Assembly: GCA_910586965.1 (NCBI GenBank)
Contig: CAJUMF010000007.1
Location: 25,577 to 89,576 of the forward strand
DNA length: 64,000 nucleotides
DNA from: an uncultured Dorea sp.
Lineage (GTDB): Bacteria; Bacillota; Clostridia; Lachnospirales; Lachnospiraceae
Direction of reading: 5' to 3'
Shown: positions 1 to 10,485 of the stretch, one piece after another
How the letters are laid out: every line of letters starts with the position of its first letter
How positions within the stretch are numbered: position 1 is the first letter of the stretch
The notes under the pieces: model-generated
What the model was told of the DNA's origin: nothing
The model's input: only the letters and a program-made list of their open reading frames with translations
The model's database searches: none
Made by a program: the position numbers and the translations under genes

Positions 1-71
1 ATAAATTTATGTGTTGCTGTGACGGACATTCTTCTGAAAGAATACTTGCATTGGTGGAAGATAAGGAGTAA
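1..71 (+). CDS. 3' end of a CDP-glycerol/ribitol phosphotransferase (TagB/TagF family), truncated by window start
   Basis: Frame from base 3 reads KFMCCCDGHSSERILALVEDKE*, ending at TAA 69-71. DGxSSERI resembles the C-terminal motif of this family (compare DGRAADKAI at the end of 2293..3960). Not in the ORF track. Confidence 0.55.
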   Translation, partial: KFMCCCDGHSSERILALVEDKE

Positions 72-74
72 AGG

Positions 75-491
75 ATGAAACGTATTTTGACTTATGGGAC
101 ATATGATCTGCTCCATTATGGGCATATCCGACTGTTAAAAAGAGCGAAAGCATTAGGGGATTATCTCATTGTGGCAATTTCTACAGAGCGGTTTAATGAG
201 ATCAAAGGGAAAAAAGCTTACCATAATTATGAGACAAGAAAAGAGATGCTGGAGGCGGTGCGGTATGTGGATCTTGTGATACCGGAGAATGACTGGGATC
301 AAAAAAGAGATGACGTATTGAAGTACCATGTCGATACCGTAGTTATGGGAAGCGACTGGGAAGGACATGAAAAATTCGAGAGCTTAAAAGATATCTGCGA
401 AGTAGTGTATCTGGACAGGACAGACGGGATTTCTACGACAAAGATTAAAGAAGAATTGCATTTGTCGGAGGATAATTTATATTCTAAATAG
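75..491 (+). CDS. tagD: Glycerol-3-phosphate cytidylyltransferase
   Basis: TYGTYDLLHYGH (HxGH) and RTDGISTT motifs; 138 aa; AAGGAG RBS. Confidence 0.93.
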   Translation: MKRILTYGTYDLLHYGHIRLLKRAKALGDYLIVAISTERFNEIKGKKAYHNYETRKEMLEAVRYVDLVIPENDWDQKRDDVLKYHVDTVVMGSDWEGHEKFESLKDICEVVYLDRTDGISTTKIKEELHLSEDNLYSK

Positions 492-515
492 TAAAAAATA
501 AGATGGAGGAAGTTT

Positions 516-2252
516 ATGAAGATTGGAATAATATCAATTAATATGCATACTAAGGGGTTGAACTTTGCATGCCCGGTTCACACATACGCTTTTCAGCAGT
601 TTTTGCTTGCAAATGGAATAGAAAGTACGGTTATTGATTATAAGGCGAATTATTATGGTAATTTTGAGCCGCGCTATCCTGGAAGATATTACTCAGAGCT
701 TTGCAAGAGACAGTTGCAGTTGATGAATGAAACGACAGGGGAGAAGCAGCTTGAATATAAGGAAAAATATGACAAGTTTAAGAAAAAGGCTGATGGATAT
801 AATGCTTTGGAGGAAGAGCGGGCAATCCGTTATGACAAATTTCAGAGCTTTATAGAGAAATATTATATAAAAACAGATATAAGCTATAATTCAGATCTTC
901 TTGAGGTGAGGGATCCTGGGTTTGACTGTTATATTTGTGCTACGGATGTTGTGTGGAAATATCAGGATGCGGAAGGGTTCGACAGAGGTTATTTTCTTGC
1001 CAGCCGTGCTATGGAGAACAAATGGAAAATTGCGTATTCGGCCAGCCGCGGCGTTCCGAAACCGTATTCAAATGAACAGTCTTATGAGTTTTTCAGATAT
1101 CTGCAGGATATAGATGTTATTTCTGTACGTGAGAATAGTCTGAAAGAGTTTATTGAAGAAAATTCTGATCTGACTGCAAAAGTCGTAATGGATCCGGTCC
1201 TTTTGAACGATAAGGAAATATATGAAAAGGTTACAGTAAAGCCAGAGGAAGAACACTATCTTTTGTTGTATTATGCGGAAGAACAATCGCAAAATGCACT
1301 TAATCATGCAGTAAAATATGCGAAAGAACACAATCTGATGATTGTAGAGACAACTAATCTCCCGATTAAAGGGGGCGTTCTTAAAGATATCAATGACGTG
1401 AAAAGTGTTTTCAAATATGATATTGGTCCGGAAGAGTGGCTGGGATATATCCAGTATGCAGATTGTGTAATTACGAACTCTTTCCATGCAAGCTGTTTTT
1501 GTATCTTATTTGAAAAAGAGTTTTATGTGGGTTCACGTCATGGAGATAAGATAACAAATCTTTTGCGCACACTTGGCTTGCTGGATCGAAAGTTAGGGCC
1601 GGAGGGCGAGACGGAGGTATCAGGTCCAGGGCAGATTGATTATTGTGCAGTGAAGGATATCTTAAAGAAAAAAGCAGATGAATCCGCAGAGTTTATATTG
1701 TCAGCGATTCGTCGGGTGGAGAATAAGACAAGGCCCAGACATAATTATAATGCCTATAAAAGAACGCTCACATATCCGGTATTATATAATACACAGAGAA
1801 AGAATGAAGAATTTGTATGGAAATATAAGCCTTCTGTAGGCTGTGTGAAGAAGCTTTCAAGCGGTTCTTTTGAATTGAAGCCGAATAATCTGTTGGTGAC
1901 TAATGACGGGAACAGCCGATTATTGAAAAATCAGTTTTCCCTTTGGAATTATAAGTTTTTAGGGTGGAATATACGTGTAAAAATAGATAATCATTGGTTC
2001 TGGTATCTTGAGGATGGTTCTTTTAAATTGATGAAAGAATACAAAAAAAGTGTTGATAAACCACGTTATTTGTTTAAGGATAAGGATAAATTGCCATTTT
2101 TCCCGGTGAATCATATTTCTATCGTTGTAGCGGAAGCAATCTGGAAAAAGAAAGAGCACAATAAAGCATATAAATGGGTGAGCAGACATACAGGTAAGCA
2201 TTTAAAGAGTTCCATAAAAAAGGTATGTCAGGCTGGACAGACTAAAGGTTAG
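516..2252 (+). CDS. Polysaccharide pyruvyl transferase family protein with C-terminal extension
   Basis: ISVRE, DPVLL and GPEEWLGYIQYADCVITNSFH motifs typical of PS_pyruv_trans; about 170 extra C-terminal aa. Confidence 0.8.
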   Translation: MKIGIISINMHTKGLNFACPVHTYAFQQFLLANGIESTVIDYKANYYGNFEPRYPGRYYSELCKRQLQLMNETTGEKQLEYKEKYDKFKKKADGYNALEEERAIRYDKFQSFIEKYYIKTDISYNSDLLEVRDPGFDCYICATDVVWKYQDAEGFDRGYFLASRAMENKWKIAYSASRGVPKPYSNEQSYEFFRYLQDIDVISVRENSLKEFIEENSDLTAKVVMDPVLLNDKEIYEKVTVKPEEEHYLLLYYAEEQSQNALNHAVKYAKEHNLMIVETTNLPIKGGVLKDINDVKSVFKYDIGPEEWLGYIQYADCVITNSFHASCFCILFEKEFYVGSRHGDKITNLLRTLGLLDRKLGPEGETEVSGPGQIDYCAVKDILKKKADESAEFILSAIRRVENKTRPRHNYNAYKRTLTYPVLYNTQRKNEEFVWKYKPSVGCVKKLSSGSFELKPNNLLVTNDGNSRLLKNQFSLWNYKFLGWNIRVKIDNHWFWYLEDGSFKLMKEYKKSVDKPRYLFKDKDKLPFFPVNHISIVVAEAIWKKKEHNKAYKWVSRHTGKHLKSSIKKVCQAGQTKG

Positions 2253-2292
2253 GGCAGGACTGATCTATAAATAAAAGAAGAGGAAAAAAATA

Positions 2293-3960
2293 ATGGAAAA
2301 AGCAGAAATTATCTTTGAAGTTACCAAGATTGAATGGGAGAGAATATTCCTTACTCTCGAAGTGAAGACAAACTATAAAGGAAAGGTAAAATTCCGTCTG
2401 GAAAGTCTGGGAAAGATTTTCCGTGATGAAGATGAGCAGAGCATCATTGGCATAAAGATCAAAGATTCGTTTCCGGTGAAGTGTAAGCAGATTGCAGAGG
2501 GAATTTACCGTTTTTCATGGAATATTGTGGCTATGAAAGGCAGACAATTCCTTGACAATGGGCGTTGGAGAATTGTAGCTGCGACAAAAGGAGAGAATTA
2601 TGTTTGCTATGCGTCACATGAAGTAGCATATCACTTTGATGAGTATTCCCGTATCTTTCGATATGGAGGCGGAAAATATGCGTATAATGTGTCCTTCAGC
2701 ACATTGATGGAGGAAGAAAAATATCTTTGGTTTTATATTAATACTTATTTTATGATAAAGAATGACCATTGGAAGATCAGACGGTATGTGCAGGAGGCGC
2801 TGACTGTAAAGGGTAAATTCAAGCGTGCATATATGTATACTGCTATTACTCTTATGAGGATGTTTTATATATTCTGGTCCCATGTTTTCCCGAAAAAGGG
2901 AAAGAATATTCTTCTTATGAGTGAAACAAAGGACTATCTATGGGGAAATCTTAAAGCAATCGATGAACGACTGCATGAGAGAGGGTTAGATAAAAAATTC
3001 CATATCAGCTATTCTTTCCGGAAAGCGGTGGGCTCCCATATGAGTGCATTTAGCTGGGCAAAACTGATTTTTAAAATTGCACAGCAGGATTATATCTTTG
3101 TGGATGATTATGTTCCGGTATTCGGCTTTCTGAATTTGAGAAAGAAGACGAAACTAATACAAGTATGGCATGCGGGAGTTGGTTTTAAATCGGTAGGATA
3201 CAGCCGTTTTGGAAAGCGCGGAACTCCGTTCCCGGCCGGTTCATGTCACAAAAAATATGATTATGTGCTGGTTGGTTCGAAAGAGCTTGTAAAGGTCTAT
3301 GCGGAAGTGTTTGGAATTGAAGAAGAAGCATTCCTGCCTGTAGGTATGCCGAGGCTTGATGGTTTCTTAGATGAAGATACGATCAGCAGCTTCCGGAAAG
3401 ATTTTTATCAGGAATATCCGAATCTTAAAGATAAAAAGATTATTCTGTTTGCTCCGACCTTCCGGGGAGGCGGCAAGAAGACAGCTCATTATAATTATGA
3501 GTGGCTTGATCTTAAAAAAATATATGAATTTTGTGGGGATGAATACATTTTTCTTGTTAAAATGCACCCGTTTGTTGACGAGGAGCCAATACGGATTCCA
3601 AGAAGATATAAAGATCGGATTATTGATTTTGCAACCTATCCGAATATTAATGATCTGTATTATGTGACAGACATACTGATCACGGATTACTCGTCCAACT
3701 ATTTTGAGTATTCGCTGATGAAGAGGCCGATCTTGTTCTATACACCGGACAGGGAGCTTTATGAATTATCCAGAGGTGTCCACAGAAGTGTTAAAGAATG
3801 TGCACCGGGTAAAGTGTGTGATACATTTGATGAATTGATGGATGCACTTAAGAATAAGGATTATGAAATTGAAAAGGTTTATCGGTTTGTCGAGGAGAAT
3901 TTTGCCGATTATGACGGTAGGGCTGCGGATAAAGCAATCAATAAAATATTATTGAGGTAA
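2293..3960 (+). CDS. CDP-polyol phosphotransferase / teichoic acid polymerase, TarL/TarK-like
   Basis: QVWHAGVGFKSVGYSRFGK, GMPRLD, ILFAPTFRG..TAHY, KMHPF, ITDYSS; size and motifs recall staphylococcal TarL. Confidence 0.85.
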   Translation: MEKAEIIFEVTKIEWERIFLTLEVKTNYKGKVKFRLESLGKIFRDEDEQSIIGIKIKDSFPVKCKQIAEGIYRFSWNIVAMKGRQFLDNGRWRIVAATKGENYVCYASHEVAYHFDEYSRIFRYGGGKYAYNVSFSTLMEEEKYLWFYINTYFMIKNDHWKIRRYVQEALTVKGKFKRAYMYTAITLMRMFYIFWSHVFPKKGKNILLMSETKDYLWGNLKAIDERLHERGLDKKFHISYSFRKAVGSHMSAFSWAKLIFKIAQQDYIFVDDYVPVFGFLNLRKKTKLIQVWHAGVGFKSVGYSRFGKRGTPFPAGSCHKKYDYVLVGSKELVKVYAEVFGIEEEAFLPVGMPRLDGFLDEDTISSFRKDFYQEYPNLKDKKIILFAPTFRGGGKKTAHYNYEWLDLKKIYEFCGDEYIFLVKMHPFVDEEPIRIPRRYKDRIIDFATYPNINDLYYVTDILITDYSSNYFEYSLMKRPILFYTPDRELYELSRGVHRSVKECAPGKVCDTFDELMDALKNKDYEIEKVYRFVEENFADYDGRAADKAINKILLR

Positions 3961-3968
3961 AAATATTT

Positions 3969-6659
3969 ATGGGGAAAAAGATTCGTGTTGTAAAGGTCAT
4001 AAATACAAATAAAATTACAGAAGACATTGTAAAAGGATTAGAACAATTATTAGAAAATAAATGTGATTTTACTGTTGAATTATGTCTCTATGATATAATC
4101 TGTGATGAACAGACTGAAAAAATAGGTAATAAGCTTGCCAGAAAGTATCCCCAATCTGTTTTTTACCACAAGATGGATGGCGGCTTGCGGACCTGCTTTA
4201 ATGTTGCTATGGCAGATATTTCTGCTGATTGGGTACAATTTTCAAGAATAACTGCGACGTACTCTTCGGATGTTATTGAGGAATTACAGAAAGTGATTGA
4301 GGAATGTGATGTTTCTCTCATATCGATGGCGCCAATCCAGAGCATGAATGACCAAGGAGAAGATCCGCTTTCATTTACAAGAAGAAATTGTATGATCGAT
4401 TTGTTAGAGCTTCCATTTTATGTGCAGCCGGTACTGGATGCCTGTTTTATAAAATGTGACATCATTCAGGGAACGAAGCTTGCGGAGAATGTATTGGAAG
4501 AAAGTGCCATGGAAAACTTCCTTGCATGTATATATGATAACATTAAAAAGTATTATATAATGGGAAAAAAGTGCATGATTGAGGAATATCTTTTTAATGA
4601 CCAATATAACTATCCGCCTCTCTATGAAAGAAGATGGTATACAGAAGAAATCAATCAATTACTTTTACCGTTTATAAAGGAAAATCAAGATTCATTTATT
4701 CGCCAAGCTACTGTTTTTCAGAGTGTGCAATTAAAAATGGCGGGAAATGAAAATGATAGATATAAAAATATTTTGTTCAATCATGAAATTGATGAATTTT
4801 TAGAAGCGGTGTCGCAGTTGCTTCAATATGTTGATGATGATATTTTAATTCAGACAAAATGGCAGCATAAAAGGATTCTTCCTGATTTTATGGTTATGTC
4901 ATTTTTGCGTCTTAAGTACGGTAAAACTTGGTTTCCGGTAAAAAATGTAAGAAATCAAGATAAGAGCTGGGAGATTGCTGTTGATGGCAGAGTGATTGAA
5001 AAGTATGAAGATATTGTATTTGATGTTCAGGCGATAAATACAGAAGAGAGAGGGCTCGTCTTAGAGGGTGAGCTTATTAATGTCTATTTTGCAGATTTTG
5101 ACGATATCCGAATGTATCTATGTTATGAGGGGAAAAAATACAGTGTTGAACGTACAGAGATTTATTCATTGTTTAAATATTTTGGAAGAACAGTAAAAAA
5201 GGGTTACAAAGTCCGGGCTGTATTACCTGAAGAAGTATATGTAAAAGACAATTTTAAATTTTATTTTCGTCTTGAATTCCAGAATTATTCAGGGAAATTA
5301 AAGTGTAAATTTAAAAAATTCCAGGCGAGATTAACTAAGAAAACGGCAAGGTCTTATTGGAGATTTGGAAATCATATACTTCGGTATTATAAGGATAAAG
5401 ATGTATTTGTTATTAAAAACAGCAATCTGGCGCGCAGTATTTATTATGAAACCAGGTTATTGTTGTCTCTGTGCCGCATGAAATATAAAAAGAGAAGCTC
5501 GGTAAGCATAAAAAGAGTCTTTTTATTGCGTATGGTGTATTTTCTTACAAAACCTTATTTTAGTAAGAGAGAAATATGGGTTACTTATGATCAGTTATTT
5601 AAGGGTGGGGATAATGGAGAGTATTTCTTCCGGTATGTAAGAAAAAATCACAAAGACATAGATATGTATTATATTGTCAATGAAGATACAAAAGAGTACC
5701 GTGATTTGAAAAAGAGATACGGCAAAGTTTTGAAATATGGGAAGATGTGGACAAAGCTTATTGCTCTCCATGCAAAGATTCTCTTTGCAACGCGTGTTAA
5801 CGTGAAGCTTTACTGTGGAATTGAAGAACGAGATGCCCCGTTTGTCAAAGATTTATTTCATGCACAAGTTGTATGTTTGCAGCATGGGCTGACGATACAG
5901 AAAATCGCTCAATATCAGAATAAGCTGTTTGATAATATACGATATTATTATTGCGTGTCACCGTATGAGGTGGAAAATATTAAAAAACCAATTTATGGAT
6001 ACACAGAGGATATGATAGCTCTTACGGGTGCTCCCCGCTATGACGGTCTGGTTGGAAAACCAAAGAAGCAGATTTTAATAACACCTACATGGCGAAGGAA
6101 TGTTACAGCGGGAACAAATGAAAAAGGGAAGCAGCATGAGTACAGTGTGAATTTTAAAAGCACAAAGTATTTCGAAGTGTATAATCGCCTGATCAATGAT
6201 TCACAGCTTATTGAATGTGCGCGTAGGACTGGCTATAAATTGATATACTTGCTTCATCCGATCTTAAGTCCACAGATTGGTGATTTTGATCAAAATAAAT
6301 ATGTGGAAATATGGGCCGGAGCTAAGGTTGATTATGAAACAATTTTAAAAGAATCTTGTCTGATGGTAACAGATTATTCGGGAATACAGTTTGATTTTGC
6401 ATATATGAAAAAACCTTTGATATATTACCGGCCAACGGAGCTTCCGGCACAGTATGAGGAAGAGGATTTTGGCTTTGGACCGGTGTGTCAAAGCCACCGA
6501 GAAATTGTAGAGAGTCTGTGTGAGTATATGGAAAATGGATGCAGACTGTCCGATAACAGCAGAGAGCATATCGAGAGTTTCTTTCCCTACAGCGATCAGA
6601 GAAACTGTGAGAGAGTGTATGATGCAACCATAAAGAAATTTGGGAGAAGAGGAAATTAG
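3969..6659 (+). CDS. CDP-glycerol glycerophosphotransferase (TagF-like) with degenerate N-terminal GT2-like region
   Basis: DNGEYFFRY, LQHGL, TGAPRYD, ITPTWR, LLHP and VTDYSG motifs in the C-terminal half; AT-rich gene. Confidence 0.8.
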   Translation: MGKKIRVVKVINTNKITEDIVKGLEQLLENKCDFTVELCLYDIICDEQTEKIGNKLARKYPQSVFYHKMDGGLRTCFNVAMADISADWVQFSRITATYSSDVIEELQKVIEECDVSLISMAPIQSMNDQGEDPLSFTRRNCMIDLLELPFYVQPVLDACFIKCDIIQGTKLAENVLEESAMENFLACIYDNIKKYYIMGKKCMIEEYLFNDQYNYPPLYERRWYTEEINQLLLPFIKENQDSFIRQATVFQSVQLKMAGNENDRYKNILFNHEIDEFLEAVSQLLQYVDDDILIQTKWQHKRILPDFMVMSFLRLKYGKTWFPVKNVRNQDKSWEIAVDGRVIEKYEDIVFDVQAINTEERGLVLEGELINVYFADFDDIRMYLCYEGKKYSVERTEIYSLFKYFGRTVKKGYKVRAVLPEEVYVKDNFKFYFRLEFQNYSGKLKCKFKKFQARLTKKTARSYWRFGNHILRYYKDKDVFVIKNSNLARSIYYETRLLLSLCRMKYKKRSSVSIKRVFLLRMVYFLTKPYFSKREIWVTYDQLFKGGDNGEYFFRYVRKNHKDIDMYYIVNEDTKEYRDLKKRYGKVLKYGKMWTKLIALHAKILFATRVNVKLYCGIEERDAPFVKDLFHAQVVCLQHGLTIQKIAQYQNKLFDNIRYYYCVSPYEVENIKKPIYGYTEDMIALTGAPRYDGLVGKPKKQILITPTWRRNVTAGTNEKGKQHEYSVNFKSTKYFEVYNRLINDSQLIECARRTGYKLIYLLHPILSPQIGDFDQNKYVEIWAGAKVDYETILKESCLMVTDYSGIQFDFAYMKKPLIYYRPTELPAQYEEEDFGFGPVCQSHREIVESLCEYMENGCRLSDNSREHIESFFPYSDQRNCERVYDATIKKFGRRGN

Positions 6660-6665
6660 ATAACT

Positions 6666-7742
6666 ATGGGAGAGGCAATGACAAAACAGCGTGATGCGTG
6701 GCTTGATAATGCAAAAGGAGTGCTAATATTGATGGTAGTGGCAGGACATCTCATTGCAGGACTTACGGATCAGGCAGAGTGGGTATGGGATTTATATCTG
6801 ATCATAAACTCAAGCCATATGTTGCTCTTTACTTTTCTTACAGGATATTTGCAGAAGAGAAGAGTGGAACAGAAAGAGTATGAAAAATTAGTCAACCGCC
6901 TGTTGCTGCCATATCTTGTGTTACAGTTTATATATTATCTCGTAATTTGTATCAATTCAGTTGTGTCGGGGAAAATGGCTGACGGTCAGAGTTTGCAGAA
7001 ATTAATATGGTTTCGGCCAATTTATCTTTTATGGTTTTTGAGTACCATATTTTTGTGCAGTATTATTGCTTCTATACTGCCTTATAAAAAGCACCCTGTT
7101 ATATGCTTGGCAGGAGCGTATGCAGTTTCGTGGCTATGTATTCTTTTGCCGGAAATATCTTACCTCAGATTGACAAAAATGATGGCATATTTTGCAATCT
7201 ATCTTACAGGATGTATGTTTGAAAAAAGCTGGATGATGGAACTCAGGAATAATACTAAAATACGTCTTGCATCATATCTTGCAGTTGTGTTATGGTGGAC
7301 AAGTATTGTTTATTTTGAACCGTATATATTTAAAAATGTTTTTGCAATGGCGACAAACTACTGGAATTATCCGGAACAGTATCAGGGGTTGTATGGATTA
7401 CTTGCGAGACCAGTATTTCAGATGTTGGGTATGTTGTTTAGTCTTTGTTTTTTAGCAATCATGCCCAGACAAAAGGGGATTTTTACAAAACTGGGTCAGA
7501 GAAGTATGTATATTTTTTCATTGCACGGAATCGTTACATTGGCATTAAGATCGTGTAGCAACCATGTATTTCCAATTTATCAGAGCATAAATACAATGGT
7601 GGAATATGCAATGTTTGGAGTATGTATTGTCGCATTGACGTATTTTCTTGCAAGTGATTTTGTATATAAATTGTGCAGACCTGTTTTAGAGCCTGATGTG
7701 GATTTAGTAAAATTGATAGGACAGTTAACTAAGGGAAAGTAA
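6666..7742 (+). CDS. Acyltransferase family 3 (membrane O-acyltransferase)
   Basis: RDAWLDNAKG..LMVVAGH, FTFLTGY, LWFL, LGQRSMYIFSLH; about 10 hydrophobic segments. Confidence 0.85.
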   Translation: MGEAMTKQRDAWLDNAKGVLILMVVAGHLIAGLTDQAEWVWDLYLIINSSHMLLFTFLTGYLQKRRVEQKEYEKLVNRLLLPYLVLQFIYYLVICINSVVSGKMADGQSLQKLIWFRPIYLLWFLSTIFLCSIIASILPYKKHPVICLAGAYAVSWLCILLPEISYLRLTKMMAYFAIYLTGCMFEKSWMMELRNNTKIRLASYLAVVLWWTSIVYFEPYIFKNVFAMATNYWNYPEQYQGLYGLLARPVFQMLGMLFSLCFLAIMPRQKGIFTKLGQRSMYIFSLHGIVTLALRSCSNHVFPIYQSINTMVEYAMFGVCIVALTYFLASDFVYKLCRPVLEPDVDLVKLIGQLTKGK

Positions 7743-7769
7743 AAATAACATGGAGAGGAAAAGATAACT

Positions 7770-9668
7770 ATGCATATGAAGATGAGAAAACTGGGTCTCA
7801 TTCTGATGAGTTCACTTCTGATTTTCATGTCTCTGCCGGTATCGGCATCGGAGCCTTATGAGGATAAGAGTGAAGATATACAGAGTATAACGACACCGGC
7901 AGATGAAGAACAGTTGCAGAGTCCGGAGAATCAAGAAACAAGTGAAGAACCGTTACAGGTCCCGGAGAATCAGGAAACAGATGCAGATATTTTGGCGGAC
8001 GATGATGAAAAAGAAGTAACCGATTCTTTGAAAGAAGAGAAGATTGTGGATCCCAAGGAAGCTAAAACGGATAGTGAGAGTCCCGTAGAGTATGATCTGA
8101 GCTCGGACAAGATCAAGGTGCGGTTTAAGGACGATCAGGTTGAGTATGAGTATACAGGATCCGAGATAAAGCCGGAGATCGAGGTTGCGGCAATTCAGGA
8201 TGAGAGAGAGAATGTCATTGATGAAAAACATTACATCGTCGAATATCAGAATAATATTGATGCAGGAGAAGCAGCGATTGTCCTGACGGGGAAAGATGAA
8301 CCGGAAAAAGATAAAGAACGTCAGGAGGAAGAAGGGACTGAAAGACAGGATACCTGTGTTGGGAGTAAGACAGTGAAGTTTACGATCATTCCCGCAGATA
8401 TCGGCAGGTGCGAGTTACAGGCGCCAAAGACCGCAGATTATACCGGAAAACAGGTAAAACCGAAGGTGACATTAACCTATCTGGAAAAGAAGCTTGTCTC
8501 CGGAAAAGATTACAAGCTTACTTATTCAAATAACAAAAAAATAGGGACGGCGACAATCAGAATAGATGGATGCGGCAATTTCAAAGGCACAAAAACAATA
8601 AACTTTAAGATAAAATTTGGGACACCGGTAATTAAGACAAGCTCTGATCATTCCAAGATCAAGCTGAAATGGCAGAAGGTGAAGGACGCGGCAGGTTATG
8701 TTGTATACCGCAGTACGTCACGGAACGGGAAATTTAAAAAAGTTAAGACTTATAAATCAGGGTCTAATACCAGTTATTCCGACAAAAAAGTCAAGTTCGG
8801 TAAAACATATTACTATAAGGTGAGAGCTTACAAAAAAGTCAAGGTAAAAGTAAAGAAAAAAACAAAAATAAAACAAGAATACGGCTCTTATTCTGATGTT
8901 GCCAGTGTAAAGACAAAATTAAGTGCGGTTGCAATTAAATCAGCAAAATGTGCATCTGAGACGACTGCAAAGCTCAGTTGGAAAAGAGTGACCGGAGCGC
9001 AGGGGTACGAGATCTATAAAAGTGAGGCAAAGGACGGCATCTATGCTTATGCAGGTAAGGTGAGCGGGGGAGGAAAACTTTCATATACGGCGAAAAAGCT
9101 GAAAACAGGGGTGCCCTATTATTTTAAGGTGAAAGCTTATAAGAAATCCGGCTCAAAGAAACATTACGGGGCATTTTCAGCGATAAAAAAAGAGACATTT
9201 TCGGACGGGCAGAAGCTTTATTCATTGTTTCCGGGCGGAGTTCCGACGAAAAAGGCGGAGATGGAGCAGTATCTTGTGACGATTACGGTGCCCATTAAGG
9301 ATGCAGACGGAGTGCCAAGTACAATGCAGCTTCGTGTACATAAAAATCTGACGAGAAATTTTATGAATGCTTTCCAGGATATGTATGCCATCGGATTCCC
9401 GGTGCGGGCAGAGGATACGGACACTTATAACTGGAGGAGTATGGCGTCGGGGAGGAATCGCTCGCATCACAGCTACGGGTGCGTAGTAGATTTGAACTGG
9501 GGTTCGAATCCGATGATCGGTGTTACCGAGGGCAAGTACAGGCCGGGGGTTGATCCTTATTCCGTGACGCCGGAGGTAGTGGCGATCTGGAAGAAGCATG
9601 GCTTTTACTGGGGCGGTGACTGGAAGTCAAGCAAAGATTATATGCATTTTACATATACGAATCATTAG
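7770..9668 (+). CDS. Secreted M15-family zinc peptidoglycan peptidase with acidic linker and Lys-rich FN3-like domains
   Basis: Signal peptide; C-terminal SHHSYGCVVD and WGGDW..DYMHF motifs; FN3-like WxKVxxAxGYxIYR repeats. Confidence 0.85.
   Translation: MHMKMRKLGLILMSSLLIFMSLPVSASEPYEDKSEDIQSITTPADEEQLQSPENQETSEEPLQVPENQETDADILADDDEKEVTDSLKEEKIVDPKEAKTDSESPVEYDLSSDKIKVRFKDDQVEYEYTGSEIKPEIEVAAIQDERENVIDEKHYIVEYQNNIDAGEAAIVLTGKDEPEKDKERQEEEGTERQDTCVGSKTVKFTIIPADIGRCELQAPKTADYTGKQVKPKVTLTYLEKKLVSGKDYKLTYSNNKKIGTATIRIDGCGNFKGTKTINFKIKFGTPVIKTSSDHSKIKLKWQKVKDAAGYVVYRSTSRNGKFKKVKTYKSGSNTSYSDKKVKFGKTYYYKVRAYKKVKVKVKKKTKIKQEYGSYSDVASVKTKLSAVAIKSAKCASETTAKLSWKRVTGAQGYEIYKSEAKDGIYAYAGKVSGGGKLSYTAKKLKTGVPYYFKVKAYKKSGSKKHYGAFSAIKKETFSDGQKLYSLFPGGVPTKKAEMEQYLVTITVPIKDADGVPSTMQLRVHKNLTRNFMNAFQDMYAIGFPVRAEDTDTYNWRSMASGRNRSHHSYGCVVDLNWGSNPMIGVTEGKYRPGVDPYSVTPEVVAIWKKHGFYWGGDWKSSKDYMHFTYTNH
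7905..7982 (+). repeat. Imperfect 39-bp tandem duplication (EEQLQSPENQETS / EEPLQVPENQETD)
   Basis: Two consecutive units read directly. Confidence 0.8.
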
Positions 9669-9686
9669 TGAAAGGATTGTCTCATA

Positions 9687-10394
9687 ATGAAGTTGACGGG
9701 AAAAAGAGGATTAGGATTATTATTGGCATTGATGATACTGTTGATGATGCCTGTGAATGTATTTGCTGAAGATGCAGAGAAAGGAAAAGTTCCCAAAACC
9801 GGCTGGAGGTATGTGAAAGGTTATAAGCTCTACTATGATAAAAAGGGAAAACTTGTGAAAGATGTCAGTAAGATCATAGGGAAACAGTCGTCGTACGTGA
9901 TCAAGGTGAATAAAAAGAAAAACTGTGTGACAGTATATGCCAAGGATGGGAGAAGAGGGTACATTATCCCGGTAAAGGCATTTCCATGTTCCGCAGGGAA
10001 GGCAACACCGATTACGACGGCCAGGACACCGGCGAAATACCGCTGGCACAGACTGAACGGGAATTGTTACGGCCAGTGGTGTACGCGTATCAAACAAGGG
10101 TATCTGTTCCACTCTGTGATGTATGGGAGGACAAAAAATAATACTTTAAGTGTATCAAACTATAATAAGCTTGGGAGAACGGCTTCTCACGGCTGCATAC
10201 GTCTGCAGGCAAAAGATGCGAAATGGATATATGACAACTGTAAGAGAGGGACGAAGGTGATCATCTATAACAGTTCAAATGCAGGGCCTCTCGGGAAACC
10301 AAAAGCGGTAAAGCTCCCCAAATGGCATAAGTGGGATCCCACAGATCCAACGGCAAAATACCTTTGCAGGCGGAGAGGATGTCATCAAAATTAA
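9687..10394 (+). CDS. L,D-transpeptidase (YkuD domain), secreted
   Basis: FHS...ASHGCIRL catalytic motif; signal peptide. Confidence 0.9.
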   Translation: MKLTGKRGLGLLLALMILLMMPVNVFAEDAEKGKVPKTGWRYVKGYKLYYDKKGKLVKDVSKIIGKQSSYVIKVNKKKNCVTVYAKDGRRGYIIPVKAFPCSAGKATPITTARTPAKYRWHRLNGNCYGQWCTRIKQGYLFHSVMYGRTKNNTLSVSNYNKLGRTASHGCIRLQAKDAKWIYDNCKRGTKVIIYNSSNAGPLGKPKAVKLPKWHKWDPTDPTAKYLCRRRGCHQN

Positions 10395-10416
10395 TAAAAC
10401 TTAATAATTGGATACG

Positions 10417-10445
10417 TTGACAAGACTATAGCCCTTTGTTAAGAT
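10417..10445 (+). promoter_or_regulatory. Putative sigma-A promoter
   Basis: TTGACA-17 bp-TAAGAT with extended TG. Confidence 0.65.
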
Positions 10446-10485
10446 TATGTTGAGACTTTAAGTGAAAGGAAAAGGGGAAATGCAT

